From an uncultured Candidatus Saccharibacteria bacterium (GTDB taxonomy: Bacteria > Patescibacteriota > Minisyncoccia > UBA9983): DNA of 64,000 nucleotides. A program made the translations under genes and the position numbers. Location: the NCBI GenBank assembly GCA_964372755.1, contig CAYJQX010000002.1:10287-74286 (forward strand), in the 5' to 3' direction. The stretch's first letter is position 1. Every line of letters begins with the position of its first letter. Below are positions 57,521-64,000 of the stretch, in pieces. A model generated the notes under the pieces. That model did not search any database. It had not been told where the DNA came from and was given only the letters and a program-made list of their open reading frames with translations.

Positions 57521-58095
57521 TTTTTTCTAAGACAAAAATTTCGTCGGAAACATTTCTCCATATGGTCATTTACCGAACCTGTTGCTTGCATATGGGCGTA
57601 AGCGATAGTGGGACCGAAAAACTTAAATCCCCTTCTCTTCATATCGGCCGACAAAGCCTCGGCTTCTTTGATTGTCACCTTATAATCTTTTTTGGTTTTT
57701 ATCTTATGAACAATTTGTTTATTCTTCAGAAACCCCCACATGTATTTAGAAAAACTGCCGAACTCTTTTTGGATTTTTAGGAAAGCCCGCGCGTTTGAAA
57801 TAGTAGCTTTTATTTTGAGGCGGTTTCGGATTATCTGCTCATTTTTCATTAACCTCTCTACATCATGTTCATTCATTTTCGCTACTTTTACCACGTCAAA
57901 ATTTTTAAAGGCTTTTTTGTATCCTTCTCTTTTTTTTAAAATTGTCTCCCATGAAAGTCCCGCTTGTGCGCTTTCTAACACGATAAATTCAAAAAGTTTT
58001 GTGTTGTCATAAACAGGTACACCCCACTCCGTATCATGGTACTTTTCGTATAATGCATTACCCTTCGGCACCCAGCCACAACGCTTTTTTTCCAT
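57517..58095 (-). CDS. tag: DNA-3-methyladenine glycosylase I
   Basis: CGWVPKGNALYEKYHDTEWGVPVYDNTKLFEFIVLESAQAGLSWETIL is a close match to the Tag N-terminus. Confidence 0.8.
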   Translation of the reverse strand: MEKKRCGWVPKGNALYEKYHDTEWGVPVYDNTKLFEFIVLESAQAGLSWETILKKREGYKKAFKNFDVVKVAKMNEHDVERLMKNEQIIRNRLKIKATISNARAFLKIQKEFGSFSKYMWGFLKNKQIVHKIKTKKDYKVTIKEAEALSADMKRRGFKFFGPTIAYAHMQATGSVNDHMEKCFRRNFCLRKN

Positions 58096-58112
58096 ACACG
58101 GATTTTATCATT

Positions 58113-58448
58113 TTAATATACCCACCACAAAACAATTTCTCCGAGTCGATGGATGGTCACAAATCCATAACCCCAAATAAGAGGCAACCAGTATGGTACT
58201 CCTAAAAAGGAGGCATTTTCCCAGTGTTGTGTTCGCAATACTAGACCTAACCCGACCTCAATTATGATTCCCAAAAGAAGCCCAATCATAAGTAGTAAAC
58301 TCTCTCCAAGAATATTAGTGGACTGGTATAAAGCAAATCCTATAAACGCCAAGACAATCATGGCTAGGGGTATTTCTCTATTGACAGCGACCTGAACAAT
58401 AAAAAATATAAGGAACGGAAGAATTATTAAAATAATAGATAGTATCAT
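58113..58448 (-). CDS. Small membrane protein (3 TM)
   Basis: ORF and hydrophobicity only. Confidence 0.25.
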   Translation of the reverse strand: MILSIILIILPFLIFFIVQVAVNREIPLAMIVLAFIGFALYQSTNILGESLLLMIGLLLGIIIEVGLGLVLRTQHWENASFLGVPYWLPLIWGYGFVTIHRLGEIVLWWVY

Positions 58449-58514
58449 AGACCATAATTTAATTATGTAGTTATCATACTAGACATTATTAATTTTTGCT
58501 CTATTATAAATCTG

Positions 58515-58702
58515 CCAATCACGGCAACCGATTGGGTGAACCGCCACCCAACGGGCGACGAGGAAGCGAAAGCCCCTAACTAGCCTCGCGCGAGCAAAAA
58601 AATGGGGCCGTCCAGCTTATTCTGTCCCGACGCAAGCTGGGCAAAGAAAGTCGGGATTTCAAAGAGGGTTTGCTGTTTATAAACACAAACCCTCTCTTTT
58701 TT
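58515..58702 (+). ncRNA. GC-rich multi-hairpin region ending in a strong intrinsic terminator (58663-58702). A candidate independent small RNA on the plus strand.
   Basis: Hairpins GGGTG/CACCC, GCGACGAGG/CCTCGCGC, CCAGCTT/AAGCTGG and TCCCGAC/GTCGGGA. Terminator AGAGGGTTTG...CAAACCCTCT plus a T6 run. No ORF. No downstream plus-strand gene. Confidence 0.35.
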
Positions 58703-59002
58703 GTCTGATAAATTTAGTGGAGACTGATGAATGACATTAGAACCTATATCTTGGAACCAGATATGTGTTCTTCCCTTAAGATCGTTCAATCGTGGTAATG
58801 GTTGAGGGACACTAGAATCCTCTCAGTGGATAGTTTACTCCCTTGGTTGGTATTTCCACCACTTTGAATAGAACCATCCTTACACCCCATTCTCCAGGAT
58901 GTTAACGAAGTTAATGATGTTCACTAACTCAATAAAAAAAAGAGGCCTGAAAAAGTGCCTATGGGGTGGCGGATACTTTTCGCGAAAAAAGCCCAGAATC
59001 TA

Positions 59003-61357
59003 CTAACCCTCAAGCTCTAAATCGCCCAACGATGCAATCATGGGGAGTAGTGTAGGTGAGATTGCCTTTGAGAAGTTAAGAATCTTTTCGTAAATCGATG
59101 AGTCGTCATTGGAAGTTGCGTGCTTCTCTTTCTTTTTCCTCTCCTCAAAATCGAGCAAAGATATACCGAGTAATACCATACCGTATTTGAAGCGAGCCTC
59201 AAGCAGTCTCGGGTCTATTTTGGTGTTTTCTTTAATTTCCATCTGGAGAAACACATTATCCATATTGATGAAGAAGTCGTAACCAGTATCTTCTCCAGCA
59301 TCAACCACTTTTAATGCGCTTTTTTCGTCGAAGTCGTACCTACTCCATTCAGTTCGTCTCACTTCTATAGCGTTAGGAATATCAAGATAGGATGGTTTTT
59401 GTCGCGTCGCACCTTTTTCCTTGCTTGGTGGTTCTTTTCGTTCTCCTTTTTTATGTCCATCAGTTTTGGTTTCTGGCTCTTCAACTTTAATACAGAATTC
59501 ACTCACAATAGCTTCTACACGAGTGTGGTCAACCACATTCGTTTGGAAGGATAAAACATCCCCAGTTTTTGTATTGCTTGGTAGTCCAACGGTTAGCGTC
59601 GCTAAACCATTCCAAAGATTAAGAGAGTAGTCTTCAATCGGTGTGCCGTTTACTGTTAGCGTGAGCTCTCCCGGTTCCTTGTCGCGATTAAAGTAGTCAT
59701 TGTTGGCATCTGTCTCATATTGTATTCGGAATTTTCTATTGATAGGGCAAGCTTTTGGCTTTTCCTTCGGGTATTCTTTTGTTGGGGTGAAGTATGTCGG
59801 GAAAGTCTTGCCTTTAAATTCTCCAAGTTCAGTAGTTCCCATCAGGTTGAATGGGTTTTTGATTCTTACACCCTGCATAAAAAGGCTGGAGAGCGAGGGA
59901 GATTTTTTGATTATGTTTTCAAGAACATCAGCTAATGGTTTTGAGTCTTGTAGTTTATTTTCAATATCCTCCCTTCGGCGTCTTTCACGGAGAGCTTTTA
60001 GACCAGGATGATTTTTAATTACATCCTCCAGTTGGCTTTCTATCTCATCTTGTAAGGGTCCTCCCGCGAGACGATCTCGGCTATTCATAAATAGTTTCTC
60101 TTGCATTCCTCGGTCCAGTCTCGTGCAGTCTACTAGGACTAAGATACTATCGGATAAATAGGACATACCCACAGCTTTTCGTTCAAAGAAACTTTTCGCT
60201 ATAGAGCCGTGCACCTGACCATTTACTGTAAAAATAACGCCTTCGTTTCGTGCGTATTTTTCCCTCTGTCCTTTCTGAAAAGCATAAATCAAAAAGTCCA
60301 TTTTCTGGCCTCTAACAGTTAGTTCTCCAGAACTCGGAAAATTCTCCTCAAGATTTTCACTTTTATCTTCATCTAGTCGTACACTCAACCCTGAAAGGAC
60401 AATATGATGTGTCGCCCCCTTATATCCCTCCCTTCTTTCAAAAAGAGTCACCGGGAGAGCAATGTTTGGCATCAATAAAGAAAGACGGTAGTACAAATCA
60501 AACTTTACATTTGTTTTTAGCCCCGTGAGTTCATACTCATATATTTTTATAAAAGTTCCGTGCTCAAGCGCCCCCTGATACATTTTAGGATAATCACCTG
60601 GTAGTAGTGGAAGAGATTGAGCAGAAAATGAAAGGACTTTACCGTTGGGGGCAAGGTATCTCAAAACAGAGCTTCGCATGCTTCCAGTAGGGGGTACTCG
60701 CTTAATAACAGTGACACCCCATTGGTCACCATTGTTTCCCATTGTAATCTTCGGGTCCCTCTTTGAAATTATTAGTTGTAAGTTATGTTCAGGACTACCA
60801 AATCTAAATATACCCGTGCCACCCATCCCGAACTTACCTTGCACAAACTGTACGCGAGCTTTATTTGATTTCGTAAGTGAAAGAAATGTGTTTGAAAAAT
60901 GGTCGGGGTTTTGTCCCTCACCTAAGTCAATGATGGAATATGAGGGGTTTACCCCATAACCTTTTCCACCTGTTGCAACTAAATATATATTTTCAGCGAG
61001 CCGAGTCCTTTCTCTAGCATCGACACTTGAAAGTTTTCCATTATAGATGCCAAAATATTTCTTTTGTGCTTCCGCAATGCTTTTGGGCGCATCAATGCTG
61101 TCTGGCTCAAAACCCTCTCTGCGGCACTCTCGCATTAGCACAGCGTCGACGGAATTGATTATCTTTTCAACCAGTGCAGAGTCAGCGCCACTCTGTTGGT
61201 TCCCACCAACAGACCAGTTTCCATCGTTATTGTCCAAATCTTTCCATGAATCTGAGTCTGCCCACAGATGAGCTTTTTCTAGAATATTAACTACCTCTTT
61301 TTCAGTCTCTGCTTTTGCAAGAGACAAGGCCAGTTTTTTTGTTTCTTCATTACTCAT
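59003..61357 (-). CDS. GHKL-superfamily (Bergerat-fold, MORC/paraMORC-like) ATPase, 784 aa
   Basis: N-box EKIINSVDA, G1 box IIDLGEGQNPD, G2 box GKFGMGGTGIF, in canonical order. The long C-terminal region is unassigned. Confidence 0.55.
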   Translation of the reverse strand: MSNEETKKLALSLAKAETEKEVVNILEKAHLWADSDSWKDLDNNDGNWSVGGNQQSGADSALVEKIINSVDAVLMRECRREGFEPDSIDAPKSIAEAQKKYFGIYNGKLSSVDARERTRLAENIYLVATGGKGYGVNPSYSIIDLGEGQNPDHFSNTFLSLTKSNKARVQFVQGKFGMGGTGIFRFGSPEHNLQLIISKRDPKITMGNNGDQWGVTVIKRVPPTGSMRSSVLRYLAPNGKVLSFSAQSLPLLPGDYPKMYQGALEHGTFIKIYEYELTGLKTNVKFDLYYRLSLLMPNIALPVTLFERREGYKGATHHIVLSGLSVRLDEDKSENLEENFPSSGELTVRGQKMDFLIYAFQKGQREKYARNEGVIFTVNGQVHGSIAKSFFERKAVGMSYLSDSILVLVDCTRLDRGMQEKLFMNSRDRLAGGPLQDEIESQLEDVIKNHPGLKALRERRRREDIENKLQDSKPLADVLENIIKKSPSLSSLFMQGVRIKNPFNLMGTTELGEFKGKTFPTYFTPTKEYPKEKPKACPINRKFRIQYETDANNDYFNRDKEPGELTLTVNGTPIEDYSLNLWNGLATLTVGLPSNTKTGDVLSFQTNVVDHTRVEAIVSEFCIKVEEPETKTDGHKKGERKEPPSKEKGATRQKPSYLDIPNAIEVRRTEWSRYDFDEKSALKVVDAGEDTGYDFFINMDNVFLQMEIKENTKIDPRLLEARFKYGMVLLGISLLDFEERKKKEKHATSNDDSSIYEKILNFSKAISPTLLPMIASLGDLELEG

Positions 61358-61575
61358 AGTTTAAAGTCGCGTCTCTTAGGGAAGTGGAACTTTGCCTTAG
61401 TGTTTTTAACAGCTCTCTCTATCTCGGAGAATATTTTGTTGATGTCTTCTTCTGTGTAGTCATAAGCACTTCGATTCGAGCAGTTGCCAAGGACTTTTAG
61501 GCGTTTTAGCACGACATTAGTCCGGAGTGTGCCTAATCTGATAAAACGGTCTCTTTTTGTCTCTTTTTCTTTCAT
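61354..61575 (-). CDS. Small hypothetical protein (73 aa), translationally coupled (ATGA overlap) to the GHKL ATPase gene
   Basis: ORF and coupling only. Confidence 0.3.
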   Translation of the reverse strand: MKEKETKRDRFIRLGTLRTNVVLKRLKVLGNCSNRSAYDYTEEDINKIFSEIERAVKNTKAKFHFPKRRDFKL

Positions 61576-61596
61576 ATTGATCTATGTATACAAGGA

Positions 61597-63537
61597 TTGA
61601 CTTATTTTTGCAAGGGTGTATCGTATTTATGTAGGGTAGCGTATACTGATGCAAAAGTAAAGTCAATAGATATGAAAATCAAAAATATCACAATAGAAAA
61701 CTACAGAAGTATTAAAGACACTGTTGTGTTGGATGTTGCGCCAATAGGTGGAAAGCAGACTTTTATGCTTCTTGGCATAAATGAGAGCGGTAAGAGCAAT
61801 ATTCTAGAAGCCATAGCGTTGCTAGATGAAGACAGAGAGTTTGACTACAGTAGAGATTGTCACTCAAAAAATGAAGATGAGAACAAAGATATCTCCGTAT
61901 CGTACGAGTTAGATATTGCTCCAGCGATAGACTTCTACAGAGAAGAGTTTTCTAAAGAAAAGATGCCCAAAAATCTTTCGGGTATCATTGATATAACTAA
62001 AATTGAACGAAAAGTATCTATAGATTCGGATGATGAAAGAAGTGATTTTTTTCATGTGTGGGTAAAAGATAAGAAAAAAGATTTTTCTAAATATGTTGTT
62101 GTCTCAGAACCAGTCACTCAAAATGGAGTCGCGAAGGAGATTAAGAAAATAGCGGAAAAAACAGCTGAAAATACCAAAACCGATACTGACGGTAACGAAA
62201 CTAATGTTCTGGACAAGGAGAAATTAGAGGAGTTTTTACAAGACGAATTTTACGATCTATTTGATAACAATGTGCCAGAAGTGATTTTTTGGAAATATGA
62301 AGACACTTACCTCATCAAAGACAAAATTAACCTTGAGGAATTTAAGAAAAAAACAAGCATATCGACTCCCTTAAAAAATTGTTTTGCTATCGCCGGTATT
62401 AAAGATGAGAATATCGAAAACAGAATCACTTCTATTATTGGAAATTCCACAAAGAAATCCAAACTAACTAAACTGCTTGGGGACAAGGTAACGGAACACA
62501 TTAATAAAATCTGGAAAGAACACAAAGTAAAGATAGAATTCGACATAGACAATATGCAACTATCTTTTCACGTTAAAGATATCGGGGATGAGTCTGAAAG
62601 TTACGGTGTAATACAAAGAAGTGATGGGTTTAAGCACTTCGTTTCAATTTTGTTGAATCTTTCGGCGGAAAATGAAACTGGCTACTTAACTAATAAGCTC
62701 ATTATTTTAGATGAGCCGGAAGTGCATTTGCACCCAAGCGGTGAGAAGTATCTTAGGGACGAGTTACTCAACATATCCAAAAAGAATCTTGTTGTCTTAG
62801 CCACTCACTCGATTTTCATTGTAGATAAGCGTTCGCTGGACAGGCACTTCAGCGTCGAGAAAACTGGAGTCGAAACTAGTGCACATCAAATTGAAAGAGA
62901 TAATCCTTTCAGAGAAGAAGTGCTTTACGAAGCGCTGGGCACATCCATCTTGGAACATGTTGAAAATAAAGTCCTTCTTTTTGAGGGAAAGACTGACAGA
63001 GATATATTTGATCTCTTCAAAAAGAAATTCAAAAAGGAAATTAAACTCCCCAACATTTCTCTAATATCAGCAGATGGTGTAGAAAATATCATTAAATATA
63101 CGAAGTTTTTTAACAACAAACTAGTTGCAGGGTTTGTTCTTGTTGATTCAGATAATGACGGTGTCGCACAGAAAACGAAAATCTTGAGTGAGGATACTTA
63201 TGACAAAAACAACACTTTTGAAATAAACGAGCTGTTGAATACCAAGAAACAATCGACTTTGGAAGATTTGTTTGATAAAAAATATTTAGTCGAATCTGTC
63301 ACTGAAGTATTTGAGGGGATGTCTATAACCCTTGATGACAGCAAACCTTACATGGAACAAATTATCCAGTTTTGTAAAGACAACGGAAAATATGTGAACA
63401 ACAAAACATACCAAGAAAAGGAGAAGGCTATGAAGAAAAGTTTCTTTCAGAAAGTCAGCAGGTTGAAAAAGGAAGATCTGCAAAAAGAAAAGTACTACAA
63501 ATTTTTTGAGCAAATACAGAAAAAATTGTCAGCGTAG
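61597..63537 (+). CDS. OLD-family ATP-dependent endonuclease (AAA_15/21 ABC-type ATPase plus C-terminal Toprim). The likely start is the internal Met at ~61672.
   Basis: Walker A LGINESGKSNILEAI. ABC signature/Walker B ILDEPEVHLHP...LVVLATHS. Toprim acidic motif LLFEGKTDRDIFDLF. Confidence 0.7.
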   Translation: MTYFCKGVSYLCRVAYTDAKVKSIDMKIKNITIENYRSIKDTVVLDVAPIGGKQTFMLLGINESGKSNILEAIALLDEDREFDYSRDCHSKNEDENKDISVSYELDIAPAIDFYREEFSKEKMPKNLSGIIDITKIERKVSIDSDDERSDFFHVWVKDKKKDFSKYVVVSEPVTQNGVAKEIKKIAEKTAENTKTDTDGNETNVLDKEKLEEFLQDEFYDLFDNNVPEVIFWKYEDTYLIKDKINLEEFKKKTSISTPLKNCFAIAGIKDENIENRITSIIGNSTKKSKLTKLLGDKVTEHINKIWKEHKVKIEFDIDNMQLSFHVKDIGDESESYGVIQRSDGFKHFVSILLNLSAENETGYLTNKLIILDEPEVHLHPSGEKYLRDELLNISKKNLVVLATHSIFIVDKRSLDRHFSVEKTGVETSAHQIERDNPFREEVLYEALGTSILEHVENKVLLFEGKTDRDIFDLFKKKFKKEIKLPNISLISADGVENIIKYTKFFNNKLVAGFVLVDSDNDGVAQKTKILSEDTYDKNNTFEINELLNTKKQSTLEDLFDKKYLVESVTEVFEGMSITLDDSKPYMEQIIQFCKDNGKYVNNKTYQEKEKAMKKSFFQKVSRLKKEDLQKEKYYKFFEQIQKKLSA

Positions 63538-63544
63538 TAGTTTA

Positions 63545-63760
63545 CTTTTCGGGGGTCAGGTAATACCATGTAAATACAACTGAATAAGTTGGATGGCCTA
63601 AACCAATAGCATTTGCTGTTGGCATGGTCTGAAATCGTAAGCCATAGAAAACCCGTCATTCAGGGCGTGGCTTACGTTATAGGGGGAAACTCCTATAGAG
63701 GCCGCAAGGCCTTCCTGGTGGCGGGTTTTGTGTATCCCACCAGGAAGTGCATTAAGTTCA
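63545..63760 (+). ncRNA. GC-rich multi-hairpin element (includes a GGCC-GCAA-GGCC GNRA hairpin and an 11-bp stem CTTCCTGGTGG/CCACCAGGAAG). Candidate cis-regulatory RNA or small ncRNA.
   Basis: Read directly. Lies between the OLD gene stop and the next plus-strand ORF start (63771). Confidence 0.25.
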
Positions 63761-63770
63761 CTTCATTCAT

Positions 63771-64000
63771 TATGAAAAAAATAATCTGGTGGGGCATAGA
63801 AGCATTTTTAGTATTTATGATAGGGGTATATTTTTTCGGGTGGTGGAAAGATATACCTGGTCTTGAATTCCTTGGGAATAAAGAGGAGCGTATGAATTGC
63901 CCGGAAGAAGTGACGGGTCTGACTACTCCTCAAACGAATAGCTCGAAGCAGTTGCAGTTAGTCGGAATTAAAATGAATCGAGTGTCGTATCCCCTCAACA
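63771..64000 (+). CDS. Membrane protein, 5' part only (runs off the window end)
   Basis: MKKIIWWGIEAFLVFMIGVYFFGWW has a hydrophobic N-terminus. No stop in this frame before the window end. Confidence 0.3.

Noticed and set aside
1-64000. rRNA and tRNA genes
   Set aside because: No T-arm/anticodon-arm-like cloverleaf candidates and no rRNA-like conserved blocks were seen. The GC-rich intergenic islands examined do not fit tRNA geometry.

Overview
This is an AT-rich (~35-38% GC), gene-dense stretch of bacterial chromosome with strong minus-strand coding bias. Minimal aminoacyl-tRNA synthetases (AspRS without a GAD insertion, a 587-aa AlaRS), giant secreted surface proteins and weak Shine-Dalgarno usage point to a Candidate Phyla Radiation/Parcubacteria-like organism. 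The housekeeping backbone is: scpA, aspS, an SPFH protein, a sensor histidine kinase, plsC-dnaJ-dnaK-grpE, an rpsI-rplM / rplQ-rpoA-rpsD-rpsK-rpsM-rpmJ-infA cluster, alaS, mnmA, mltG, leuS, ychF, nfo and tag. On top of that backbone the window carries a heavy accessory and mobile load. (1) Two 100% identical IS481-family copies with 6-bp target-site duplications bracket 8.3 kb that includes alaS. (2) A ~120-bp MITE-like element family with 16-bp terminal inverted repeats (TIRs) has two full copies and two solo ends. (3) An IS200/RAYT-like HuH transposase is flanked by 21-bp inverted repeats. (4) A dispersed family of GACGTC-centred palindromes occurs four times, plus a 56-bp perfect palindrome. 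(5) A giant secreted protein (1538 aa) combines a transglutaminase-like core with a C-terminal HNH/LHH-type nuclease, next to a candidate immunity gene. (6) There are RelE/RHH and HicAB toxin-antitoxin pairs. (7) A GC-rich foreign island holds a frameshifted myo-inositol-1-phosphate synthase pseudogene and an S51 peptidase. (8) The most system-like candidate is at 59.0-63.8 kb: a 784-aa GHKL (Bergerat-fold) ATPase translationally coupled to a 73-aa ORF, divergent from a 646-aa OLD-family ABC-ATPase/Toprim nuclease, followed by a GC-rich multi-hairpin element. I read this as a candidate, uncharacterised defence locus. Several GC-rich structured intergenic elements (46.37-46.54 kb, 58.5-58.7 kb, 63.5-63.8 kb, 7.52-7.64 kb) are candidate ncRNAs. 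I found no CRISPR array, rRNA or tRNA.
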